Shown: one piece after another, positions 40,041-53,600 of the stretch
Layout of the letters: the number at the start of each line of letters is the position of its first letter
Numbering within the stretch: position 1 is the stretch's first letter
NCBI GenBank assembly: GCA_964016885.1
Contig: OZ024740.1
Span: forward strand, 395,188,001 to 395,252,000
Direction: 5' to 3'
Length of the DNA: 64,000 nucleotides
Source of the DNA: Eledone cirrhosa
Lineage: Eukaryota
Notes under the pieces: model-generated
What the model was told of the DNA's origin: nothing
The model's database searches: none
What the model saw: only the letters and a program-made list of their open reading frames with translations
Translations under genes and position numbers: made by a program

Positions 40041-40439
40041 AATATATATAGACATATATACTATATGTACCCATGTATAAGTTGCATCAATAGATAAGTT
40101 GTACCTCCATTTTATATACACTTATAATGTATTATATATTTTGATTTGAGGTTTTTTAGGTCCAGTAGATAAGTCACATGCTGTTGTAGTCTTTTCTTTT
40201 TTTTTTGCTGTTGTAGTCTTTTTTTTTTTTGTGCTTCAAGGACCTATTTAAAAGTACACTGAAATAGTTCTGTATTGATGAAGAGAAATGGCAATTGGAG
40301 ATCAGTTGTATATAGAGGAACCAAACCATTTGAAAATCAACACATCCAATATGCTGTTGATACAAGATAAATACAGAAGTTTCCCATCTTAGTAGACACT
40401 ATTGCCATAACATTGTTCTATTGAGGGTAGTGTAAAAAA

Positions 40440-40670
40440 TAATGTCAACTACACATAGGACTAATCAGCCATGAAAGATGCTGTTCAGAGAGAAATCAGA
40501 TGTGGGGATTGTCCGGCTGCTTCTTTGCACCGGTTGCTGTCAAGACCTTAGGCATACTTCGACCCTGTACTGCCGAGCTCCTCTATAACATTGGCAGCCT
40601 GTTTGAGGAAGCAGCCCTGAGAGGTGGGGTAGCTGTTGCATTAAGAAATTGCCATCTCTGCAAGTCCATT
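40440..40670 (+). pseudogene. Possible CRE-like LINE endonuclease C-terminal remnant
   Basis: FAPVAVKTLGI...AELLYNIGS resembles F.P.AVETLG. Confidence 0.4.
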
Positions 40671-41543
40671 GATCACACACAAAAAGAAACAAAAGCACAT
40701 GCACACACACACACACACACACACATACACACACATACACACACACATGCGCACACACACACACACACAATACACATGCACACATATCTACACACATGCA
40801 CTCACACACACACATACACACACACATCCCCACACATGCACATACATATTCAGTACTGTTTCCCTCTACTGCTATCCATCATTCTTTTTATCTTTCTATT
40901 ATCATTGAGACTCTTAGCTGTCATCCACCACTCTCACCATTCCACTTCTCTGTTGCTATCTATATCTATCTTTCTCCTACCATAACACAACCTATCCTTA
41001 TTGCTCTACCTCACACCAAGAACCAAAAGGTAGATGCTACTTCCAATATCCCACACCTACTATTCTATCATCCTGTTTCCCTCACTATTCATTTAGCATG
41101 ATGATGATGATGCTGATGATGATTAAATCTATCTAAACAAGTTTTATTTCTGCACTGGTATCCTTTCAATTACCAATAGCTGTTATGAAAGCAAAGGTAA
41201 ATTAAAGGGAACATATATTGTTTACACAAGCGAAACTCTATTCAATGTAGAATGTGGAGTGTTCTGCCAAGATCAGTTTTTTTTTTACATTACTTTCACT
41301 TTCAACATCTGCCACTTCATCCTTGAAATGAACTTTGGAGGAAATATATCCGGATACATAAGGATTGTCTTCTGTTTGTCTGGTTCTGATATGCAGCACA
41401 TGATTGGGAGTATGAGGGTGGTAGTTGCACTAGGAAAATAAACACTGACACATGCATGCATAAATATTTATGTGTGTATATATGTGTGCATCCATGTGTG
41501 TATGTATGTCTGTAGGTATATATACAAGTTCCTCCGTATATAT

Positions 41544-42395
41544 ATCATCATCATCATCATCATCATCATCGATAAACGTCCGTGTTCCACACTTGCATGG
41601 GTTTGGACGGGAGTTTTCCCACTTGAGGCAAGAGTGATTGTCTTGCTCGCATAGGACTGTCTGGCGGGTTTTCTACAGCTCGATGCCCTTCCTAACACCA
41701 ACTACATTTACAGTGTGGGGCTGGGAGGTTTTTACCGTGTTGCCTACACGGCCACATTACAGCGTGGACTGTGTGTTTTTTTGTCGTGACACCTACACGA
41801 TCTCATTTGTTTCGGCCTGGATGGTGTGGCACCAACATAACTTTACAGTGAAAGGGGCGGTGTGGAGGGGTGGGGGTGGTGGGACGGGGGTGTGTTTTGA
41901 TAGAGATGCCTACTGACTGTAGTAGGTTTTACTTTGTATTTAGGTAAGGCGGGTCTTCTCTATTACTGAGTACCACCAAATTGTCTTGGAGAGGTGTAAG
42001 TGTGTGAAGTCTGAATTTATCAGCTCATCCCAGGTTTTTCTGGGTCTGCCTACTCCGTAGCTACCGTCTATCTTTATTGCCCTGCACTTTGTTATACAGC
42101 TGTCGTCTTTCATGCGCATCACGTGACCATACCAACGTAGCCTTCTCTCGAGTAAACAACATCTGATCCCTCTTATTTCTAATTTTTTCCTTAGTTCGCT
42201 TATGCTTTGCCGTTCACGTATATTACTATTACACATCCAGCGGAGCATGCAAGCTTCGTTCCTCTCTAGTCTGCGTATATCCTCTGCACACAATGCCCAG
42301 GTCTCACTGCCATGCAACATTGCTGTTCGTATGCAGGCATCATACAACCTGCCTTTCATTTTTAGGGAGAACCCTTTAACGGCTAATAGTGGTAT
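41544..42395 (-). mobile_element. 5'-truncated RTE LINE, same family as 1131-2800
   Basis: LHGSETW, LRWYGHVMRM, GRPRKTW and (ATG)n tail; (AT)n flanks. Confidence 0.92.
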
Positions 42396-42420
42396 AATAT
42401 ATATATATATATATATATAT

Positions 42421-42810
42421 ATCACCTTGATCACCTTGTCGACCAGTCTGTCGGGCGGCATTCGGCGCCTCTGGTCACAGCATGTGCTGTTTTAGCCATA
42501 CGATGACGCCATCCCACTGGCTGGGTGGGCAGGCCGTAAGTCTAAAGTCTGTCTTAAGCCAGAAGGCTCACTTGGCAGATGCTTATCCCGGTTTCATGGC
42601 GTGAAGTGACTGAGAGTACAAGACTCCCACCTGGACAGGATGCCAGTCCATCGCAGGATTAAACCTCCAGCTATTCCTGGTACTCATTTTCAACTGAGTA
42701 AACTGGAGCAACGTGATATAAAGTGTCTTGCTCAAGGAAACAACACATCACCCGGTCCGAAAATTGAACTCACAACCTTTCGATTGCAAGCCTACTGCTC
42801 TAACCACTAA
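42421..42810 (-). mobile_element. tRNA-derived CORE-like SINE, family 3 (long tail)
   Basis: Head tagtggttagagc...gagttcaatt, core as in family 2, different 3' part. Confidence 0.75.
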
Positions 42811-42825
42811 TATATATATATATAT

Positions 42826-43188
42826 ATTTTGTTTCTGAATTTGTTTAGCAAGATTCTTTATCTGAAAATGTGTGTTGAAACCGATATTGCTATACTTTGG
42901 GAGGGTCATGTTGCCAATAAGAAACACACGCACCAGTTGCTTTCACTCCAATTTATTATAAATAAAATTTATAAATTTAAGAATTTATAAATTTCCGTTT
43001 GGTTGGTCACTGAAGAGGTCACAGAATGTGTGACGAAAGAACTTTGACAAAATATGAACAACCGTCCGGCTGTGGTACCAACCAACCAACCAACCGGAAA
43101 TTTATAAATTTAATTTATAATAAATTGGTGTGAAAGCGACTGGTGCGTGTGTTTCTTATTGGCAACATGACCCTCCCAAAGTATAACA
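42826..43188. mobile_element. PLE family A mini-insertion, two inverted 3' ends
   Basis: Minus arm 42826-43005; plus arm 43006-43188 begins at the HHR (43006-43048); (AT)n flanks. Confidence 0.85.
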
Positions 43189-43200
43189 TATATATATATA

Positions 43201-43527
43201 GTTAGAGCATTGGCCTTGCAGTCAAAAATTGTGAGTTCAATTCTCAGACCGGGTGATGTGTTGTTTCCTTGAGCAAGACACTTTATTTCACATTGCTCCA
43301 GTTTACTCAGCTGTAGAAATGAGATGATAGGGACTGGGGTCCCTATCATTCCAGTGCAAAGTGGTCATGGAGGTGCCACGGCAAAAAGCACCCAGCACTC
43401 ACTGTAAATGAGGTTGGTGTTAGGAAGGGCATCCAGCTGTAGAAATCAAGCCAGAATCAGTTCCCGTCCCACCCTTGCAAGCAGGGAGAAAGCGGACATA
43501 AAATGAAATGAAAATGAAATGAAATGA
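43201..43527 (+). mobile_element. Family 2 SINE
   Basis: Homologous to 16071-16449. Confidence 0.85.
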
Positions 43528-43539
43528 TATATATATATA

Positions 43540-44035
43540 TGAATGTATATATAGTATATTTTCAATACACTGTATGCTTAATTAAAAGCATTTCGAAGAC
43601 CTTACGCTATTATTTTAGAGTAGTGACAGTCTCACTTACTTTAATTTTCAGCAAACAGGGGAGATAAAGCTGACAGAGCCCTGTTTCGCACTTTTTGGTG
43701 CTTATCAAAGCACCAATTCTAATTTTCAATTTCTGCCTGACCGGCAACCGCTCTGTATAATCAGTTCCTGATTATTACTAGAATTCTATAAGAATCAAAC
43801 ATTCATGATTTTCAGCAAACAGGTGGAGTAGTTAGCTTTGATAAGCACCAAGAAGTGCGAAACAGAGCCCTGTCAGCTTTATCTCCCCTGTTTGCTGAAA
43901 ATTAAAGTAAGTGAGACTGTCACTACTCTAAAACAATAGCGTAAGGTCTTCGAAATGCTTTTAATTAAGCATACAGTGTATTGCAAAATACACTGTATAT
44001 ACATTCATATATATATTGCTATTTCAGAGCACCAA

Positions 44036-44042
<7 letters not shown>
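43540..44042 (+). mobile_element. Retrozyme-like 319-nt HHR unit with an inverted partial copy
   Basis: Arms 43540-43711 / 43835-44008; agcaccaattctaat at 43709 and 44028; (AT)n flanks. Confidence 0.65.
43808..43902 (+). ncRNA. Type I hammerhead ribozyme, U3-A8 variant, long stem I
   Basis: agct-TTGATAA-gcac/caagaa/gtgc-GAAA-cag/agcc/ctg-TC-agct; stem I is extended by ttttcagcaaacagg/cctgtttgctgaaaa; GUC cut predicted after 43874. A second core lies at 43668-43711 (-). Confidence 0.82.
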
Positions 44043-44077
<35 letters not shown>

Positions 44078-44339
44078 CAGAAGAACTCATGAGAGTCAAT
44101 GGCCATTCGATAGAGTGTACATATATAAATATATATATATTGTATGTGCGTAAATATATATATGTGGGTGTGTGGGGGGTTGTTTGCATTCACTTGTGTG
44201 TATGCAATTTTTTTTTAACTATTAAACTCTAAACTTTTAAATAATCTTTTTATATTTCATTTTATCTTATTTATTTATTTAACCAATTTATTATTCATCT
44301 GGAAAACATATGACTAGTACAGCTGCCAATAATATAAGC

Positions 44340-44912
44340 CAGGATCCTAATTAGTTCCCCTCTCCGTGTCTTTTGGCTGCACAGACACTACTTATGTACA
44401 ACAGTGGCCATGCCTTGGGCAATGGATTTGACTGACTATGTGGACAAACCCAGAGGCTAAGTCTGAGCATGGGAATGTCTTTCCCAAGTACACTGAAATC
44501 ATGGCAGGCAAGTGACAGAGTAAATGGTGGGCAGCTGAAAGATTTTAGTCATTCTTTTATTGTGTCAAGCAGAGGATATGACAAGTGTGGTACAATGGCT
44601 GAGACAATGCACCCAGTACTGCCATTGTTCTCATAGAAAGCAATTGAAACTACTATGAGTATCTTGCTTATTCTAATGATGGGTTGAGAACCTAAGATGA
44701 AGTCAGTGAATGGCATGAACCTAAGATAAAGTCAGTGAATCCAGAAATCCATCATTCAGTAGGGACTGTCATGTGTGACAAGTAACAGCAAACCTTTATC
44801 AAGTGACTGTGAGCAACACAAAACTAACAACCATCAGAACATGGAATGTCCTTACATTGTTTCGGAAAGGAAATTTTGACAATGTCAGACAACAAATGAA
44901 AAGAATGAGCAT
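44340..44912 (+). pseudogene. 5' region of an RTE-like LINE with the start of the AP endonuclease
   Basis: TIRTWNVLTL..GNFDNVRQQMKRMSI matches the TWNVRTL APE motif I; the upstream boundary is uncertain. Confidence 0.6.
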
Positions 44913-45283
44913 CAGGTCAAATGACTTGCTCATACAGAACTTATTCTGGCTTGGTTACAACAGCTGGATGTCTTTCCTAATGCCAACCTCATTTACAATG
45001 AGTACTGGATGCCTTTTGTTGTGATGCATACATAACCACTTTACAGTGTGGACTGGGTGCTTTTTCTCATGACATCTACACAACCACTTTACAGTGTGGG
45101 CTGGGAGCTTCAATGGACGCATTTAATTCGGCCTGTCCTGTTGCAGGTGTATGGGAGGGCGGGCTGGGGCATAATGTATATATGCTTCAGCTTGTGCCCG
45201 TGGGAAGTTGGGTCTTCTGTATTCATCATCATCATATATATATAAACTTTAATCTGTTATTTTAATAAATATATATATATATA

Positions 45284-45759
45284 TTTCGTTTCTGAATTTG
45301 TTTAGCAAGATTCTTTATCTGAAAACATGTGTTGAAACCGATATTGTTATACTTTGGGAGGGTCATGTTGCCAATAAGAAACACACGCACCAGTTGCTTT
45401 CACTTCAATTTATTATAATAAATTAAATTTATAAATTTAGGAATTTATAAATTTCCGGTTGGTTGGTTGGTACCACAACCAGATGATTGTTTATATATTG
45501 TCAAAGTTCTTTCGTCACACATTCTGTGACCTCTTCAGTGACTGGGGATTCTTTTCTTTGTTTTTGTGCCTCTTCTTTGTTCTGTCCTACGCCATCTTTT
45601 TTTTGTGTGTGTTGTGTGCTTAGTTTGCACATGTGTTCCAACCAACCAACCGGAAATTTATAAATTCCTAAATTTATAAATTTAATTTATTATAATAAAT
45701 TGAAGTGAAAGCAACTGGTGCGTGTGTTTCTTATTGGCAACATGACCCTCCCAAAGTAT

Positions 45760-45765
<6 letters not shown>
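45284..45765. mobile_element. PLE family A mini-insertion, two inverted 3' ends
   Basis: Minus arm 45284-45637 with HHR at 45500-45542; plus arm 45638-45765; (AT)n flanks. Confidence 0.85.
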
Positions 45766-45792
<27 letters not shown>

Positions 45793-46461
45793 CGAACTAA
45801 GGGAAAAATTAGAAATAAGAGGGATCAGATGTTGTTTAATCGAGAGAAGGCTACATTGGTATGGTCACGTGATGCGCATGAAAGACGACAGCTGTATAAA
45901 AAAGTGCAGGGCAATAAAGATAGACGGTAGCCACGGAGTAGGCAGACCTAGAAAAACCTGGGACGACCTGATAAATTCCGACCTCACACACTTACACCTC
46001 TCCAAAACAATGTCACTGGACCGAGATCTTTGGCGGTACTCAGTAATAGAGAAGACCCGCCTTACCTGAAATACAAAGTAAAACCTACTACAGTCAGTAG
46101 GCATCTCTAACAAAACACACCCCCGTCCCACCACCCCCACCCCATCCACACCACCCCTTTCAATGTAAAGTTATGTTGGTGCCACAACATCCAGGCTGAA
46201 ACAAATGAGATCATGTAGGTGTCACGACAAAAAAACACACAGTCCACGCTGTAAATGTGGCCGTGTAGGTAACACGGTAAAAACCTCCCAGTCCCACACT
46301 GTAAATGTGGTTGGTGTTAGGAAGGGCATCCAGCCGTAGAAAACCCGCCAGACAGTCCTATGCGAGCAAGACAACCACTCTTGCCTCAAGTGGGAAAACT
46401 CCCGTCCAAACCCATGCAAGCGTGGAACATGGACGTTAAACGATGATGATGATGATGATGA

Positions 46462-46465
<4 letters not shown>
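45793..46465 (+). mobile_element. 5'-truncated RTE LINE, same subfamily as 41544-42395
   Basis: WYGHVMRMKDD, GRPRKTW, shared 3' UTR and (GAT)n tail. Confidence 0.92.
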
Positions 46466-46498
<33 letters not shown>

Positions 46499-47440
46499 CA
46501 TACATGCATATATATATATATATGAGAATATCATTAAGAATGATGCTTTGTTTACATAAAGCATTTATCCCTTATAATCATTTCTATGGTGACCCGTAAA
46601 TAAATAAGATAAAAGGAAATATAAATAATCATTTTTATATTTCTTTGACATGACTGAAGAGTCCTTGTAACCCTTTGTTTGGTAATCTTACTATGACTAG
46701 ATGTCCTTCCTATCACTAACCACAGCATGTACTGTGTGTGCTTATCATGTAGATCACCAATATTCTCTATCTAGCTGTAGAAACTAAGTCAAAAATTGAA
46801 ACATATACGTGAGATTTGTCTGAAAGTAACTAACTCTAAATAAGAACTAAACCAGACAGTAACAACACATGCCAGCATGGAATGTAGATGTAAAATTATG
46901 ATCACGATGATGACTATATTTCAGTCTTTCTAGTTTCTCATCATAATTATTCTCATCTTAATTATTCTTGAATCATTAAAAAATCCAATCTTAGGCCATC
47001 TACATATCTAGAAATAAAACAGTCAATGAGGATTAGAGATCTAATCAATGAAAATGTAGTCAAGACATAAATATTTTAAACATATTTAGGTACAGATTTG
47101 GTTAATCTTCTAGAAAATTTATTATTATCTGAAATATATTTATGCTTAAAACTTATAAATATACCTAGATTTTATAGTATTTCTAAGGAAGACCTGCCAA
47201 AGATGAATATTTGTCCCAAAATAACACAAATAGTTATAAAATAAATTAAGATAGGAAAAATATTGAAATACCACAGGAATTGCCTAACAGACAGGAAAAT
47301 TAAATGATAGATGACAAGAGAAATACAAAAATTGTTTCTGAAAATATTGAAATAAATAATTATTGTGTATTTGCTCTGAGATTTGTACAATATGAAAGCT
47401 CATGGAAATGTATGTAAGTGTAAATATGATATATATTACC

Positions 47441-47606
47441 ATCATCATCATCATTTAATAACCATTTTTCCACCCAAACATGGGTTAGACAAGTTGTCCT
47501 GTTGTGAGACAAGCCAGAGCAGAGGACTATGTCTGGCTCATACAGGACTGATTTTCACTTGGTTTCTACGGCTGGATCCCCTTGCTAATGTCAACTGGGT
47601 GGTTTT
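47441..47606 (-). mobile_element. Diverged RTE 3' tail leading into the satellite
   Basis: (CAT)n, catgggttagac and ttctacggctggatcccctt, homologous to 1131-1300. Confidence 0.8.
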
Positions 47607-50600
47607 GTGTACTGGGTGGTTTTTGTTGTGACACCTACATGACCACTTTACAGTGTAGGCTGGACACCTTTTGTTGTGACACCTACATGACCACTTTACA
47701 GTGTGGGCTGGGCACTTTTTGTTGTGACACCTACATGACCACTTTACAGCATGGGCTGGGCACTTTTTGTTGTGACACCTACATGACCACTTTACAGTGT
47801 ATGCTGGACACTTTTTGTTGTGACACCTACATGACCACCTTACAGTGTGGGCTGGACACTTTTTGTTGTGACACCTACATGACCACTTTACAGTGTGGAC
47901 TGGGCACTTTTTCTTGTGACACCTACATGACCACTTTACAGTGTAGGCTGGACACTTTTTGTTGTGACACCTACATGACCACTTTACAGTGTGGGCTGGG
48001 CACTTTTTGTTGTGACACCTACATGACCACTTTACAGTGTGGGCTGGGCCCTTTTTGTTGTGACACCTACATGACCACTTTACAGCGTGGGCTGGGCACT
48101 TTTTGTTGACACCTACATGACCACTTTACAGTGTGGGCTGGGCACTTTTTGTTGTGACACCTACATGACCACTTTACAGTGTAGGCTGGACACTTTTTGT
48201 TGTGACACCTACATGACCACTTTACAGTGTAGGCTGGACACTTTTTGTTGTGACACCTACATGACCACTTTACAGCGTGGGCTGGGCATTTTTTGTTGTG
48301 ACACCTACATGACCACTTTACAGTGTGGGCTGGGCACTTTTTGTTGTGACACCTACATGACCACTTTACAGCGTGGGCTGGACACTTTTTGTTGTGACAC
48401 CTTCATGACCACTTTACAGTGTGGGCTGGACACTTTTTGTTGTGACACCTACATGGCCACTTTACAGTGTGGGCTGGACACTTTTTGTTGTGACACCTAC
48501 ATGACCACTTTACAGTGTGGGCTGGTCACTTTTGGTTGTGACACCTACATGACCACTTTACAGTGTGGGCTGGACACTTTTTGTTGTGACACCTACATGG
48601 CCACTTTACAGTGTGGGCTGGACACTTTTTGTTGTGACACCTACATGACCACTTTATAGTGTGGGCTGGGCACTTTTTGTTGTGACACCTACATGACCAC
48701 TTTACAATGTGGGCAGGACACTTTTTGTTGTGACACCTACATGACCCCTTTATAGTGTGGGCTGGGCACTTTTTGTTGTGACACCTACATGACCACTTTA
48801 CAGTGTGGGCAGGACAATTTTTGTTGTGACACCTACATGACCACTTTACAGTGTGGGCTGAGCACGTTGTGTTGTGACACCTACATGACCACTTTACAGT
48901 GTGGGCTGGGCACTTTTTGTTGTGACACCTACATGACCACTTTATAGTGTGGGCTGGGCACTTTTTGTTGTGACACCTACATGACCACTTTACAGTGTGG
49001 GCAGGACAATTTTTGTTGTGACACCTACATGACCACTTTACAGTGTGGGCTGAGCACGTTGTGTTGTGACACCTACATGACCACTTTACAGTGTGGGCTG
49101 GACACTTTTTGTTGTGACACCTACATGACCACTTTACAGTGTGGGCTGGGCGTTTTTGTTGTGACACCTACATGACCACTTTACAGTGTGGGCTGGGTGC
49201 TTTTTGTTGTGACACCTACATGACCACTTTACAGTGTGGGCTGGGCACTTTTTGTTGTGACACCTACATGACCACTTTACAGTGTGGGCTGGGCACTTTT
49301 TGTTGTGAAACCTACATGACCACTTTACAGTGTGGGCTGGGCACTTTTTGTTGTGACACCTACATGACCACTTTACAGTGTAGGCTGGACACTTTTTGTT
49401 GTGACACCTACATGACCACTTTACAGTGTGGGCTGGGCACTTTTTGTTGTGACACCTACATGACCACTTTACAGTGTGGGCTGGGCACTTTTTGTTGTGA
49501 CACCTACATGACCACTTTACAGCGTGGGCTGGGCACTTTTTGTTGACACCTACATGACCACTTTACAGCGTGGGCTGGGCACTTTTTGTTGTGACACCTA
49601 CATGACCACTTTGCAATGTAGGCTGGACACTTTTTGTTGTGACACCTACATGACCACTTTACAGTGTAGGCTGGACACTTTTTGTTGTGACACCTACATG
49701 ACCACTTTGCAGTGTGGGCTGGACACTTTTTGTTGTGACACCATCATGACCACTTTACAGTGTGGGCTGGTCACTTTTTGTTGTGACACCTACATGACCA
49801 CTTTACAGTGTGGGCTGGGCACTTTTTGTTGTGAAACCTACATGAACACTTTACAGTGTGGGCTGGACACTTTTTGTTGTGACACCTACATGACCACTTT
49901 ACAGTGTAGGCTGGACACTTTTTGTTGTGACACCTACATGACCACTTTACAGCATGGGCTGGGCACTTTTTGTTGTGACACCTACATGACCACTTTACAG
50001 TGTATGCTGGACACTTTTTGTTGTGACACCTACATGACCACCTTACAGTGTGGGCTGGACACTTTTTGTTGTGACACCTACATGACCACTTTACAGTGTG
50101 GACTGGGCACTTTTTCTTGTGACACCTACATGACCACTTTACAGTGTAGGCTGGACACTTTTTGTTGTGACACCTACATGACCACTTTACAGTGTGGGCT
50201 GGGCACTTTTTGTTGTGACACCTACATGACCACTTTACAGTGTAGGCTGGAACTTTTTGTTGTGACACCTACATGACCACTGTACAGTGTGGGCTGGGCA
50301 CTTTTTGTTGTGACACCTACATGACCACTTTACAGCGTGGGCTGGGCACTTTTTGTTGTGGCACCTACATGACCACTTTACAATGTAGGCTGGACACTTT
50401 TTGTTGTGACACCTACATGACCACTTTGCAGCGTGGGCTGGGCACTTTTTGTTGTGACACCTACATGACCACTTTACAATGTAGGCTGGACACTTTTTGT
50501 TGTGACACCTACATGACCACTTTACAGTGTAGGCTGGACACTTTTTGTTGTGACACCTACATGACCACTTTGCAGTGTGGGCTGGACACTTTTTGTTGTG

Positions 50601-53600
50601 ACACCTTCATGACCACTTTACAGTGTGGGCTGGTCACTTTTTGTTGTGACACCTACATGACCACTTTACAGTGTGGGCTGGGCACTTTTTGTTGTGACAC
50701 CTTCATGACCACTTTACAGTGTGGGCTGGTCACTTTTTGTTGTGACACCTACATGACCACTTTACAGTGTGGGCTGGTCTCTTTTTGTTGTGACACCTAC
50801 ATGACCACTTTACAGTGTGGGCTGGTCACTTTTTGTTGTGACACCTACATGACCACTTTACAGTGTGGGCTGGGCACTTTTTGTTGTGAAACCTACATGA
50901 CCACTTTGCAGTGTGGGCTGGACACTTTTTGTTGTGACACCATCATGACCACTTTACAGTGTGGGCTGGTCACTTTTTGTTGTGACACCTACATGACCAC
51001 TTTACAGTGTGGGCTGGGCACTTTTTGTTGTGAAACCTACATGAACACTTTACAGTGTGGGCTGGACACTTTTTGTTGTGACACCTACATGACCACTTTA
51101 CAGTGTAGGCTGGACACTTTTTGTTGTGACACCTACATGACCACTGTACAGTGTGGGCTGGGCACTTTTTGTTGTGACACCTACATGACCACTTTACAGC
51201 GTGGGCTGGGCACTTTTTGTTGTGACACCTACATGACCACTTTACAATGTAGGCTGGACACTTTTTGTTGTGACACCTACATGACCACTTTGCAGCGTGG
51301 GCTGGGCACTTTTTGTTGTGACACCTACATGACCACTTTACAATGTAGGCTGGACACTTTTTGTTGTGACACCTACATGACCACTTTACAGTGTAGGCTG
51401 GACACTTTTTGTTGTGACACCTACATGACCACTTTGCAGTGTGGGCTGGACACTTTTTGTTGTGACACCTTCATGACCACTTTACAGTGTGGGCTGGTCA
51501 CTTTTTGTTGTGACACCTACATGACCACTTTACAGTGTGGGCTGGGCACTTTTTGTTGTGACACCTTCATGACCACTTTACAGTGTGGGCTGGTCACTTT
51601 TTGTTGTGACACCTACATGACCACTTTACAGTGTAGGCTGGTCACTTTTTGTTGTGACACCTACATGACCACTTTACAGTGTGGGCTGGTCACTTTTTGT
51701 TGTGACACCTACATGACCACTTTACAGTGTGGGCTGGGCACTTTTTGTTGTGAAACCTACATGAACACTTTACAGTGTGGGCTGGACACTTTTTGTTGTG
51801 ACACCTACATGACCACTTTACAGTGTAGGCTGGACACTTTTTGTTGTGACACCTACATGACCACTGTACAGTGTGGGCTGGGCACTTTTTGTTGTGACAC
51901 CTACATGACCACTTTACAGCGTGGGCTGGGCACTTTTTGTTGTGACACCTACATGACCACTTTACAATGTAGGCAGGACACTTTTTGTTGTGACACCTAC
52001 ATGACCACTTTGCAGTGTGGGCTGGACACTTTTTGTTGTGACACCTACATGACCACTTTACAGTGTGGACTGGGCACTTTTTGTTGTGACACCTACATGA
52101 CCACTTTACAGTGTAGGCTGGACACTTTTTGTTGTTACACCTACATGACCACTTTACAGTGTGGGCTGGGCACTTTTTGTTGTGACACCTAAATGACCAC
52201 TTTACAGTGTGGGCTGGGCACTTTTTGTTGTGACACCTACATAACCACTTTACAGTGTGGGCTGGGCACTTTTTGTTGACACCTACATGACCATTTTACA
52301 GCGTAGGCTGGACACTTTTTGTTGTGACACCTACATGAGCACTTTACAGTGTGGGCTGGACATTTTTTGTTGTGACACCTACATGGCCACTTTACAGTGT
52401 GGGCTGGACACTTTTTGTTGTGACACCTACACGACCACTTTACAGTGTGGGCTGAGTACGATTTGTTGTGACACCTACATGGCCACTTTACAGTGTGGGC
52501 TGGGAATTTTTTGTTGTGACACCTACATGACCACTTTGCAGTGTGGGCTGGATACTTTTTGTTGTGACACCTTCATGACCACTTTACAGTGTGGGCTGGT
52601 CACTTTTTGTTGTGACACCTACATGACCACATTACAGTATGGGCTGGACACTTTTTGTTGTGACACTTACATGACCACTTTACAGTGTGGGCTGGGCATT
52701 TTTGTTGTGACACTTACATGACCACTTTACAGTGTAGGCTGGACACCTTTTGTTGTGACACCTACATGACCACTTTACAGTGTGGGCTGGGCACTTTTTG
52801 TTGTGACACCTACATGACCACTTTACAGCATGGGCTGGGCACTTTTTGTTGTGACACCTACATGACCACTTTACAGTGTGGGCTGGACACTTTTTGTTGT
52901 GAAACCTACATGACCACTTTACAGTGTCGGCTGGGCACTTTTTGTTGTGAAACCTACATGACCACTTTACAGTGTGGGCTGGGCACTTTTTGTTGTGACA
53001 CCTACATGACCACTTTACAGTGTAGGCTGGACACTTTTTGTTGTGACACCTACATGACCACTTTACAGTGTGGGCTGGACACTTTTTGTTGTGACACCTA
53101 CATGACCACTTTACAGTGTGGGCTGGGCACTTTTTGTTGTGAAACCTACATGACCACTTTACAGTGTGGGCTGGGCACTTTTTTTTGTGACACCTACATG
53201 ACCACTTTACAGTGTAGGCTGGACACTTTTTGTTGTGACACCTACATGACCACTTTACAGTGTGGGCTGGACACTTTTTGTTGTGACACCTACATGACCA
53301 CTTTACAGTGTGGGCTGGGCACTTTTTGTTGTGAAACCTACATGACCACTTTACAGTGTGGGCTGGGCACATTTTGTTGTGACACCTACATGACCACTTT
53401 ACAGTGTAGGCTGGACACTTTTTGTTGTGACACCTACATGACCACTTTACAGTGTGGGCTGGGCACTTTTTGTTGTGACACCTACATGACCACTTTACAG
53501 TGTGGGCTGGGCACTTTTCGTTGACACCTACATGACCACTTTACAGTGTAGGCTGGACACTTTTTGTTGTGACACCTACATGACCACTTTACAGTGTGGG

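Noticed and set aside
32192-40170. About 125-bp direct repeats (32192-32310 and 40050-40170) flanking the Naiad palindrome as a possible LTR or TSD
   Set aside because: They are diverged, lie hundreds of bp from the element ends and resemble the pogo-like MITE terminus; independent copies are more likely.
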